DNA of 46,104 bases from a virus (Duplodnaviria > Caudoviricetes). The position numbers and the translations under genes are program-made. Shown in pieces: positions 36,744 to 44,274 of this stretch (within the stretch, counting starts at the first letter, position 1; every line of letters starts with the position of its first letter). The notes below the pieces were generated by a model. That model did not search any database. It was not told the DNA's origin and was given only the letters and a program-made list of their open reading frames with translations. The stretch spans positions 1 to 46,104 of the IMG/VR virus record IMGVR_UViG_3300037439_000069, one strand, 5' to 3'.

Positions 36744-37247
36744 ATGCCAGAAGCAACGAAGTCAAAAAAGGCTCAAGAGCAGGAGGCCGAGAAGGCTGCT
36801 GCCACTGAGCGTAAGGCCAAGGAGCAGGCTGAGAAGCAGGCAGCCAAGGAGGCCAAGGCCAAGGAGCGCGAGGCCAAGAAGCAGGCAGCGGAGAAGGATC
36901 GCGCGGCGAAGAAAGAGGCAAAGGCGCACGCAGCGCTTGAGGCGCGTCAGGCGCTTGTTGAGTCAGGTGACCTGATCGAGAACGACGGCACGGAGTTTCA
37001 TCGCGTGACGCGCGAGGACACGCCCACTGTCGAGTCACGCGCGGTTGCTGTGATTGCCGCGTTGCAGGCGAAGGGTCGTACCGTGCCCGTATCGGGCAAG
37101 GCACTGCAGGACGAGTTCGATGGCGGGTGGCCTCAGTACCTGTCATTTTTCGCGATGCTGAAGTCGCTTGGGCTCGTTCGCGAGTACAGGAGCCGGACGG
37201 GAGAGCGCGGCGGCAGCGGTGTCGCGTACCTGTGGATCGGTGAGTGA
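36744..37247 (+). CDS. Lys/Ala/Glu-rich protein with putative C-terminal winged-helix domain
   Basis: AAGGAG RBS. EAEKAAA/KEAKAK low-complexity N-terminus, then a helix-helix-wing pattern (LKSLGLV...YLW). Confidence 0.7.
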   Translation: MPEATKSKKAQEQEAEKAAATERKAKEQAEKQAAKEAKAKEREAKKQAAEKDRAAKKEAKAHAALEARQALVESGDLIENDGTEFHRVTREDTPTVESRAVAVIAALQAKGRTVPVSGKALQDEFDGGWPQYLSFFAMLKSLGLVREYRSRTGERGGSGVAYLWIGE

Positions 37248-37265
37248 CCGATAGGATGACGATGA

Positions 37266-37447
37266 CGTATCACCTGGGGGTTACCCTCGCAGGGTAACTG
37301 AAATGAGGCGGCGATTGAGTAACAGCACGCCCCAGGTGGTACGCCCGACACATAGCGACGTAGTTCGGAGGTCTTCCCCATTCCTATGGGACTAAAAAAG
37401 ACAAGACCTTGAAATGAACCATCGAGTGTTCGCCGAACTGCGTCGCT
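37266..37447 (+). ncRNA. Tandem three-way-junction structured RNAs (unknown family)
   Basis: Two adjacent elements with 14-15 bp closing stems. Both have an internal stem followed by TGAAATGA and then an AT(T/C)GAGT segment. A T-tract follows the second. Confidence 0.55.
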
Positions 37448-37474
37448 TTTTTACTGTTTGAGAAAGGAACCACA

Positions 37475-38380
37475 TTGAACACCACGATTACGAAGTTCGC
37501 ACGTGATGGGAAACGCTCGTTGACGATGCCAAGTCGCGTGGATTTGTCAAAGCGTTCAGATGAAACATACTTGCTGAAGATCGTTACGCAACTGATGCAT
37601 CGCGATGCGGATCTTTCGCGAACGGGCCTGTCGTACACTCAGCTCGTAAGGCTCGTTGACGATGGAAAAAGGCTTATAGCGGCCGCGTCGCAAGACGCAC
37701 CGCCCGTTCCCGTTCCTGAACCCGCTCCTCTGCCTGATCCTGCTGCCGGAGCTCGGTTAGTCGATAATATGTTGACTCCATGCACGGCCAAAGCGTTTTG
37801 GGATATGTCAGATTTTGGATTTTCAGAGAACCGTAACTGGTTTGCAGAATCAGGATCACTCGTGAATGGTCATGTACGCGAAGGTGTATTTCGTATTTGG
37901 ACCCGCGCGAAGTTTTCCACACCAATCACTGTAATTATGGATTTGACTGTTAATGAGTTCACAACGCAGCGCGCTGAAGCAGTTGCTGGATGGAACGGCG
38001 TGAAGTTCTGGTTGTGCCGTTCATTGCAGACACCAGGCCCTAGAGGACGCATTGACGACGGTGCGCAGTCTGGTTACACCGCTGAAGTTTGTCTACGTGA
38101 CGGCCGAGTCTACGTGCAAAAGAAGGTTGGTGAAACGTATCATTTGCTTGCTGGGCCCTCTATCGCTCCATTTGAACTTGGAAGGTCACATCGTGTTGGA
38201 GGGCGCGTTACTCCCAATCGTGATGGTTCTGTGAGGATAGAGGTCATGCGAAACGGCGTAACAATACATACGGCTGTTGATGACGGATCAAAGGGTGGCC
38301 CACCTCTAACAGGTGGTGGTCGTGTTGGTATCCGTGGGGACAACGTTGATTTCAATCTACGCAACCTGGAGATCATTTAA
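37475..38380 (+). CDS. Protein with Pro-rich linker and C-terminal ConA/LamG-like beta-sandwich domain
   Basis: TTG start with GAAAGGA RBS. PPVPVPEPAPLP linker, then WNGVKFW...RDG...GRVGIRGDN..F. Confidence 0.65.
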   Translation: MNTTITKFARDGKRSLTMPSRVDLSKRSDETYLLKIVTQLMHRDADLSRTGLSYTQLVRLVDDGKRLIAAASQDAPPVPVPEPAPLPDPAAGARLVDNMLTPCTAKAFWDMSDFGFSENRNWFAESGSLVNGHVREGVFRIWTRAKFSTPITVIMDLTVNEFTTQRAEAVAGWNGVKFWLCRSLQTPGPRGRIDDGAQSGYTAEVCLRDGRVYVQKKVGETYHLLAGPSIAPFELGRSHRVGGRVTPNRDGSVRIEVMRNGVTIHTAVDDGSKGGPPLTGGGRVGIRGDNVDFNLRNLEII

Positions 38381-38427
38381 GCCCTTGATGCTAATAAGCA
38401 TCAAATCCTAAAGATTCGCAGGATCGC

Positions 38428-38456
38428 TTGACATTCAGGTTCTCAGGCGCTATGAT
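38428..38456 (+). promoter_or_regulatory. SigA-type early promoter
   Basis: TTGACA-N17-TATGAT, preceded by CTAAAGAT and by the hairpin TTGATGCT-AATA-AGCATCAA (38385-38404). Confidence 0.75.
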
Positions 38457-38492
38457 GTGTTCATGAGGATGAATCGAACAGAGAGGATCAGC

Positions 38493-38687
38493 ATGAACAC
38501 CGATCTCATCGACCACGGTAGCTACCGCACAATCGCCCACTTGTCGGACGAGACGTTGGCGTACATCGCCAGTCGCCTCGACCCGACCGTCGAGTTTACC
38601 CGCTATAGCGAGCGCATGGAGTCACTGTTTCGTCGCGTTCGTCGCCGCGTCGGCGAGGATCGCCTTCGCACCTTGATGCTGGGCTAA
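38493..38687 (+). CDS. Hypothetical early protein
   Basis: GAGGA RBS, downstream of the promoter. Confidence 0.6.
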   Translation: MNTDLIDHGSYRTIAHLSDETLAYIASRLDPTVEFTRYSERMESLFRRVRRRVGEDRLRTLMLG

Positions 38688-38726
38688 ATGACCTTTATCA
38701 TTGACTGATCAAAGGAGTGATGCATC

Positions 38727-38942
38727 ATGACCGCATATCGGATCCGCATAGACGACGGAACGGTTCTCACGATCCCGGCGCTCAGCAAAGAGGATGCTGG
38801 CGTCCGGGCGCTGAACTACATGGCGACGCGCGACGAGCGCATATTGCGTCAACGAGCACAGACGTCAACATGTAGAAGCTGCGGGATGAAAAACGTTCGC
38901 GTAGACCAATGCACGTTTTGCATAGCGCACGGTCTCTCATGA
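38727..38942 (+). CDS. Hypothetical protein with C-terminal zinc ribbon
   Basis: AAGGAG RBS. CRSC...CTFC. Confidence 0.6.
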   Translation: MTAYRIRIDDGTVLTIPALSKEDAGVRALNYMATRDERILRQRAQTSTCRSCGMKNVRVDQCTFCIAHGLS

Positions 38943-39196
38943 GGCGCGTAATCGCAGGAGCGTGCGTGGCTGTCCTGCTCGTCGCAGGCGGCTGCGCGGA
39001 CCCAGTCAACGAGGACGCAGCGAACGCATTCACAGAGCAGCACAACATGACGCGCTTCTGCGAGTCGATCAACGCAGGAGGCATCAGCACAGACGACGCA
39101 GGCGAGCTTGTGCTCGTCACCGTCGGTCGGCAATGGTTCGTTGATCAGGGCGCGGAGCCGAACGAGACGGCACGCCTGATCGCAGAGAAGTGCTGA
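38939..39196 (+). CDS. Putative lipoprotein
   Basis: MRRVIAGACVAVLLVAGG-C signal peptide with lipobox-like Cys. ATGA-coupled. Confidence 0.65.
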   Translation: MRRVIAGACVAVLLVAGGCADPVNEDAANAFTEQHNMTRFCESINAGGISTDDAGELVLVTVGRQWFVDQGAEPNETARLIAEKC

Positions 39197-39465
39197 TGTA
39201 CGAACGATACCGACAAAATGATGATAGGGATGCCAAGGCACGACGTGCGACCGATCCTGACAGACGGGAGCCATTCGTGTTGACGCACGATGAGTTCGAC
39301 CGGATGCGAAACGGGCCGATTAATCCTGCTTCGATTCTATTTGCGACTGCTGAGACTCATTTCTACGGCGCGCGGTCGCGTGGGATCACCGACGATGAGC
39401 AGGCCGCGGTCGATACTTGCCATGACGTACGCCCTGATGCTGGTGACTACCTGGGTAACGCATAA
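39196..39465 (+). CDS. Hypothetical protein
   Basis: TGATG-coupled to the lipoprotein gene. Confidence 0.55.
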   Translation: MYERYRQNDDRDAKARRATDPDRREPFVLTHDEFDRMRNGPINPASILFATAETHFYGARSRGITDDEQAAVDTCHDVRPDAGDYLGNA

Positions 39466-39698
39466 GGATTGTCACACGTCAGGCTCCGGTTTGCGTCAAA
39501 GGGCGCAAGGTCCGGACTTGCGTGGGTACCCAGCCCAACCTGACGGTGACTCGCGTTATCGATAGTGCTGCGAGGCGAGCGTCGCAGTATCGGTCGCGTC
39601 GGCGTCATCATATCACATTCACATGTTGACAATCGGTGCTTGGTGCTGTATCGTCGCATGTGCGAGAGTTTTATGAACCCGAATCAAAGGATCTTATT

Positions 39699-39860
39699 AT
39701 GGCATTAAGTCGTAAGCAACTTGTCCACGCGCTTACAGCGTTAACCGAGGCTAACGATGCAGAGGTTGCACATTCAGCTGCCGACCAGCTTCTGATCGAG
39801 TACATTGACGACGAGGAGATCGCTGATCTCTTCAAGTCGATTGTGAAGTGGTACTCATGA
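39699..39860 (+). CDS. Hypothetical protein
   Basis: AAGGA RBS. D.EVAH..AD.LL....D...KWYS, a pattern I recall from small phage proteins. Confidence 0.6.
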   Translation: MALSRKQLVHALTALTEANDAEVAHSAADQLLIEYIDDEEIADLFKSIVKWYS

Positions 39861-40009
39861 CTTGGACGCTAGTTGGTCAAATCGTCGTGCTCATTGTGAT
39901 TGGTGCTTTTGCCATTGAGGGCATAATTAGTAGCATCGTTGTCGAATGGCATCGTTCCCGCGCGATGGCTGCTCGTCTAATAATGTCGATGGATGAGCAA
40001 ATGGAGTAG
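39857..40009 (+). CDS. Small membrane protein (not in the ORF track)
   Basis: MTWTLVGQIVVLIVIGAFAIEGII..., ATGA-coupled. Confidence 0.55.
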   Translation: MTWTLVGQIVVLIVIGAFAIEGIISSIVVEWHRSRAMAARLIMSMDEQME

Positions 40010-40031
40010 GACCCCCTCAACAGGAGAAGAA

Positions 40032-40451
40032 ATGACGCAACGACCACGAAAAATTGTTGGTATCCAACTACACCATTCAATCAACCTCAGCGACGCTTCA
40101 CGCAACCTTGCTAATGGAGCTCAATGTTTACAGGGTGCGATTACGCGGACTGGCGACCCTGTGCTGATTGCATTACGCCAGGATCTAATTAAGTTAATTC
40201 GTGTCGTGTCCGCGCAGGAGCGCGCCGCGACCGAACGACTGAGGAAGTTCTACGTCGATGACCCCGAGCGTTTCGTACGTTGTCGCGACGGCGCTGAGGC
40301 GTGGCCTGACGAAACGATTGGTGGCTTTCAGGCTCGTTGTACATGCGACGACATATGTCAGATCCATGACAATGGACGTGATGAACAAGGCTGGCTATGC
40401 AAGTGCAAGCAGTGCCCCGCGCATCCAGAAATAGAGCGGAGCGCTCCATGA
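40032..40451 (+). CDS. Hypothetical Cys-rich protein
   Basis: AGGAG RBS. CTC..C..H and CKCKQCPAH motifs. Confidence 0.6.
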   Translation: MTQRPRKIVGIQLHHSINLSDASRNLANGAQCLQGAITRTGDPVLIALRQDLIKLIRVVSAQERAATERLRKFYVDDPERFVRCRDGAEAWPDETIGGFQARCTCDDICQIHDNGRDEQGWLCKCKQCPAHPEIERSAP

Positions 40452-40717
40452 CTGAGCTAACACACGAGCAGGAAGTTGCTCTGGACTACCTCGCTGAGCG
40501 TTACGTTGGTGTTGCAGTCAGCGGGCCTGACGCAACGGGCACGGCACGCCTGGAAGCATACAACGATGAACCAGATCTTGATCCTAATGGCAATGTGAAG
40601 ATCGCAACGGCCCGTTGGATTGTGCATGCTAACGGATACGTAGTTGCGGCGTGGGATCCAGACCATCTCGTCGAGCCGTACGAGGTCGAGCGACAAGCGC
40701 GCGAGGAGTACTCATGA
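40448..40717 (+). CDS. Hypothetical protein
   Basis: ATGA-coupled ORF starting MTELTHEQ. Confidence 0.6.
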   Translation: MTELTHEQEVALDYLAERYVGVAVSGPDATGTARLEAYNDEPDLDPNGNVKIATARWIVHANGYVVAAWDPDHLVEPYEVERQAREEYS

Positions 40718-40814
40718 ATTTGATATGCCTGTTGTTCGGTCATATCTGGAAACCAAGTCATGCTTCTGGTCATCACCGCTGTGCACGATGCCACGTGTCT
40801 AAGGAGGAGTACTC

Positions 40815-41090
40815 ATGACTACGTTCACCGCGGCGAGCGACGAACTGCGCGGTAAGCGCGCGTCGTGCGTCGCAGGGATTCTCAAGCAACTCGTTGAGGC
40901 TGACGGCGATCCCGTTGCATGGGCGGACCTGTGCGACAACGTTGGCATGGACCATCACGGACAGCTGATGCCGGCGATGCACGCGCTAGAGATGGTAGGT
41001 GCTGTGACGCGCTTCGAGTACGTCGATGGTGAAGGCACGCGCAGCAAACCCGCATTTGCGATCTGTGACGGAGTAGAGGTGAGTGTCTGA
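40815..41090 (+). CDS. Putative winged-helix DNA-binding protein
   Basis: AAGGAGGAG RBS. Resembles the C-terminal domain of 36744..37247. Confidence 0.6.
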   Translation: MTTFTAASDELRGKRASCVAGILKQLVEADGDPVAWADLCDNVGMDHHGQLMPAMHALEMVGAVTRFEYVDGEGTRSKPAFAICDGVEVSV

Positions 41091-41246
41091 ATGAAAAAGC
41101 AAAAGTTACGCCCACAAGCAAATCCTGTGGAAGTCCTCATGTATGGACACTTTTTCCATCGTATGAGTTCAGTTGCAAATCGTGCGATTGAACAGTCTAT
41201 TCGGAACGCTGAAGAACGACGACGAAAGGCGAGGAACAATGTTTGA
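41091..41246 (+). CDS. Small basic hypothetical protein
   Basis: MKKQKLRPQ...RRRKARNNV. GAGGTG RBS. Fills the gap between neighbours. Confidence 0.5.
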   Translation: MKKQKLRPQANPVEVLMYGHFFHRMSSVANRAIEQSIRNAEERRRKARNNV

Positions 41247-41454
41247 GATGCCAGATCTCACGCCCAATGAGATGCCAGATCTGATTGGGCGTGTCGTGCA
41301 TTTCAGTGACGCGACAGTGTACATTGAAACTGACGATTGGCAACAGGCTGACGGCGCGTTGCTTACGCCCAACGATGAAGTCATACCCATGACGGTTCTA
41401 GCAGAAGAGGCTGTTGTTTCAGGAATTGCATTTGGAGGTGAGAAGCTGCTATGA
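41239..41454 (+). CDS. Hypothetical protein
   Basis: GAGGA RBS. Starts MFEMPDL. Confidence 0.55.
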   Translation: MFEMPDLTPNEMPDLIGRVVHFSDATVYIETDDWQQADGALLTPNDEVIPMTVLAEEAVVSGIAFGGEKLL

Positions 41455-41675
41455 CACTACGGCTTTTGCCACACATGTTAGAGTGTGATGTCAAAGTGAA
41501 TGAACTTCGTTTGAATACAGCACAACAGGCTGCAATTCGTGCGTTGACAGGTTCTCATCGTTGTGTGGATTTACAACAGACACAACATTCTGTTGGTGGA
41601 ACCCATTTGTACGTCACGGTGCAAGGTACGACGTATCACATCGCAAAAAGCGGAAACGTTCGGAAACTCGGATGA
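41451..41675 (+). CDS. Hypothetical protein
   Basis: GGAGG RBS, ATGA-coupled. Confidence 0.55.
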   Translation: MTLRLLPHMLECDVKVNELRLNTAQQAAIRALTGSHRCVDLQQTQHSVGGTHLYVTVQGTTYHIAKSGNVRKLG

Positions 41676-42013
41676 GCGCGCTTGCAATCGACGTACGGCG
41701 CTTGGATTTGATCATCGGGCGTGCGGATGCGATCAAGGCGCCAAGCGCGGGAGGAGGCGGCAGGACGCCGCACACGGCAACGGTCAGCGAAGCTGTCCTC
41801 GCTGAAACGCGCGCGCGTCATCCTGACTGTTGCTGCGAGGAGATCGGCGGCTACGGTTACCACGGTCGCATCACTGTGCTTCGCGTGGGCATGACGATGC
41901 GGGAACTGAGTGAGTTGGGATCTGGATGTACGGACACACGGCACGCCGGGAACGAGCGCGTCCATGGAATCTGTACGCGACTCGATACGATACGACGGAG
42001 GTACGGGCGCTAA
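41672..42013 (+). CDS. Hypothetical protein
   Basis: ATGA-coupled. Starts MSALAID. Confidence 0.5.
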   Translation: MSALAIDVRRLDLIIGRADAIKAPSAGGGGRTPHTATVSEAVLAETRARHPDCCCEEIGGYGYHGRITVLRVGMTMRELSELGSGCTDTRHAGNERVHGICTRLDTIRRRYGR

Positions 42014-42192
42014 TGCGATGCACATGTCATAGCACGGATCATCCACGACGAACGAGTCGCGATGGATGCTCACGTGACGCGACGTTACGTTGTAACGAAT
42101 GTGGTGACCTATTGTGCAAGCGCTGTGCGCGCGAACATCATCATCACAATCGGAACCGTATCGTCCCGCTACATGGAGTAACAGGACAATGA
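42013..42192 (+). CDS. B-box-like zinc finger protein
   Basis: CTC..H...C...CNEC...CKRC..H. TAATG-coupled. Confidence 0.5.
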   Translation: MRCTCHSTDHPRRTSRDGCSRDATLRCNECGDLLCKRCAREHHHHNRNRIVPLHGVTGQ

Positions 42193-42479
42193 ACCTCTTT
42201 CAACCGTTTCAGGCGCTCCAAAAATTTTTGTTGCATGCAGATCATCGTCATCAAGGTGCGTTGACGCCCACGCGGACGCCAGCACAACCGCCACCTAAGG
42301 CGAGTCTGCAACTGTTAGCAACGTCGGGCCCGCCTGATTCAACGTGGACGGCGTTGAATGCACCGTGCGAAACGTGCGGTTCCATTTTCATGGAACTCTA
42401 CAATTACAGTGAGATGTGGCACGACGGTGATGTGTACTGTCACAATGGGCATTGGGTAAGGATGTACGATGCAGGGTAA
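42189..42479 (+). CDS. Hypothetical zinc-ribbon protein
   Basis: CETC...WHDGDVYC..GH. AGGA RBS. Confidence 0.55.
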   Translation: MNLFQPFQALQKFLLHADHRHQGALTPTRTPAQPPPKASLQLLATSGPPDSTWTALNAPCETCGSIFMELYNYSEMWHDGDVYCHNGHWVRMYDAG

Positions 42480-42668
42480 ATCTGAGAAACTGTCGGCGCT
42501 GTAAGAAAGAATGGAAGGTGAAGCAGTGAATTTCGATTTAACAGGTTATGGCTACGGTTCACGCCGATCTGTTAATTGGATTCTTACATGGAGCATTGGG
42601 ATTTTTGTCAATTGCATTTTTGCATTACGAGCGTACAAATACTATCAACGGCATCCAGGAGGATAATT

Positions 42669-42848
42669 ATGCGATTTGATTTAGGAACTTATATATTGGG
42701 CATTGCGAGTGGCCTTGGTTTAATAATTGGAGGAACAATTTTGCTAATGCTTAACAGTGAAAGAGAAGATGCAGCGCGGCCAATTCGCAACGCTAATCGC
42801 TTCCGGGATTTTAACCTAGATCCTGCATCATGGGAAGGATCGAATTAA
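42669..42848 (+). CDS. Small membrane protein
   Basis: AGGAGG RBS. MRFDLGTYILGIASGLGLIIGGTILLML. Confidence 0.55.
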   Translation: MRFDLGTYILGIASGLGLIIGGTILLMLNSEREDAARPIRNANRFRDFNLDPASWEGSN

Positions 42849-42958
42849 ATTATTATATTCCCCTCTACCATTGCATTAAGTTATCTGGCATGAGCTACGG
42901 GAATAATTAGTACCGGCTATGGGGTAAGGTAGAGAATCCCTATATGCCAAATTTTAAT

Positions 42959-43031
42959 GGCCCTGTAGTCTAACGGTTAGTGACGCCGGCCTTTCAAGCC
43001 GGAGATTCGGGTTCGATTCCCGGCGGGGCTA
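42959..43031 (+). tRNA. tRNA-Glu (UUC), CCA not encoded
   Basis: Cloverleaf with GGCCCTG/CGGGGCT acceptor stem, CCGGC-CTTTCAA-GCCGG anticodon arm and GGTTCGATTCC T-arm. Confidence 0.93.
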
Positions 43032-43060
43032 TATTCAAAACCAAATCCCAGGAGGCTACG

Positions 43061-43333
43061 GTGACTTACACAATGACGGATCTCGCACAAGCTAAAGCAG
43101 GTGCGCTTGAGGATACTAAATGTTATCCTACTAGTCCTAACCAATTAATTGAAGAAGTGTATGAACTCAATGCAAAAATGTTTATACAAGATGTTGCGAG
43201 TATTATTATGCTAAATTATAATCCGCATGATCCATTGGGACACGCGCTCTCATGGTTCCATTATGGATACGCATGGCGACGTTACCAAGACAGTATAAAC
43301 ATACAAGCCGAAGATGGTGTCGATCAATCATGA
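43061..43333 (+). CDS. Hypothetical protein
   Basis: AGGAGG RBS before a GTG start. The upstream part of the tracked ORF overlaps the tRNA. Confidence 0.55.
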   Translation: MTYTMTDLAQAKAGALEDTKCYPTSPNQLIEEVYELNAKMFIQDVASIIMLNYNPHDPLGHALSWFHYGYAWRRYQDSINIQAEDGVDQS

Positions 43334-43791
43334 GTCGTGACGTTCTCAGCCCTAAGCAGCTAGCAGAAGCTCAGTCGAAAATGTTGGTCATACACCGCGG
43401 TCAGTACCGTTTGCATTTTTACAGACGTAAGTCAGATCAGTTACGCTTCCGACATGTACGTTCATTTCCTATTGCGATAGGAGCGATTGGGTATGAAACG
43501 CCATCGGGTATGTTCCTTATTAAACGTAAGGCGTTGAACCCAGATTGGACGGCCCCATATAGTGAATGGGTACCTGAAGATTTACGTGGTGTCACGTTTG
43601 ACGGGTACGATCCGCGTAACCCAATCAAAGCTGCGTTCCTTGACATATGGGATGGGGTCGGAATACATGGCACAGACGACCTCGCGTCGCTCGGCACCCA
43701 AGCAAGTCACGGATGCATACGAATGACTCCCGCGGACGTGCGGCTATTGTACCGTCGCATTCCCGTCGGGACCCCTGTTTATATTACTTGA
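43330..43791 (+). CDS. L,D-transpeptidase (YkuD) catalytic domain protein
   Basis: IAIG...ETPSG...K..NPDW...GIHGT...SHGCIRM...VGTPVYI, with the catalytic His and Cys intact. Confidence 0.9.
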   Translation: MSRDVLSPKQLAEAQSKMLVIHRGQYRLHFYRRKSDQLRFRHVRSFPIAIGAIGYETPSGMFLIKRKALNPDWTAPYSEWVPEDLRGVTFDGYDPRNPIKAAFLDIWDGVGIHGTDDLASLGTQASHGCIRMTPADVRLLYRRIPVGTPVYIT

Positions 43792-43869
43792 AAGGAATTA
43801 GTTGACGACCGACTTGACATCTGCAATAATGATGCGATCAATGGCGTTGATTACCCATCAGAGGATCTC

Positions 43870-44274
43870 ATGTATTTAGTTGTTATCGACCCCGGTCCAA
43901 GCACCGGAGTCGCGGAATTTGCGGGAACAACGCTTGTAGGAACCTTCACTACCCAAACCCCGCACACAACACTGCGCAAGCGCCTTCGCAATTTGCGTGA
44001 AACGCATCCGGGCCTTGCCGTTGTGTGTGAAGAAGGTCCACAAATTCGACACCTGGCAGAAGCATGCGAAAGGGTCGAGGCATTAGTGCGAGAAGAATCG
44101 GAATCCATTTACTGGGTTAGACCGAGTCAGTGGAAAGGACATCCAGCGGCTAAACTGAATGGGTTAAAAATGCTGACCCGTCATGAGGCTGACGCTGTAT
44201 GTATCGGAAACTGGTTTATCGCCCGAGGAAGGTATCACCGATATGAGCGATGCGTCGCTACTTCTGAAAATTGA
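43870..44274 (+). CDS. RuvC-like Holliday junction resolvase
   Basis: VIDPG.STG, VVCE, PSQWK and HEADA acidic motifs. Confidence 0.75.
   Translation: MYLVVIDPGPSTGVAEFAGTTLVGTFTTQTPHTTLRKRLRNLRETHPGLAVVCEEGPQIRHLAEACERVEALVREESESIYWVRPSQWKGHPAAKLNGLKMLTRHEADAVCIGNWFIARGRYHRYERCVATSEN

Noticed and set aside
37298-37320. Hammerhead ribozyme (CTGA..TGA resemblance)
   Set aside because: The core reads CTGAAATGA rather than CTGANGA, and the required GAAA after stem II is missing.
39471-39550. c-di-GMP-I riboswitch (GGGCGCAA..CCGG resemblance)
   Set aside because: Lacks the GGCAAA / GNRA tetraloop-receptor architecture. The similarity is only a few nucleotides.
40703-40818. Repeated GAGGAGTACTCATGA (40703-40717, 40804-40818)
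   Set aside because: Explained as a reused RBS plus start context for consecutive genes.
41244-41282. 15-bp direct repeat TGAGATGCCAGATCT
   Set aside because: A short in-frame duplication (EMPDL twice) with no further copies seen.
42980-43060. N-terminal part of tracked ORF 42980..43333
   Set aside because: Overlaps the tRNA-Glu gene. The real start is probably the GTG at 43061 after AGGAGG.
43814-43842. Promoter upstream of the RuvC-like gene
   Set aside because: TTGACA is present but there is no convincing -10 hexamer at 16-18 bp spacing.
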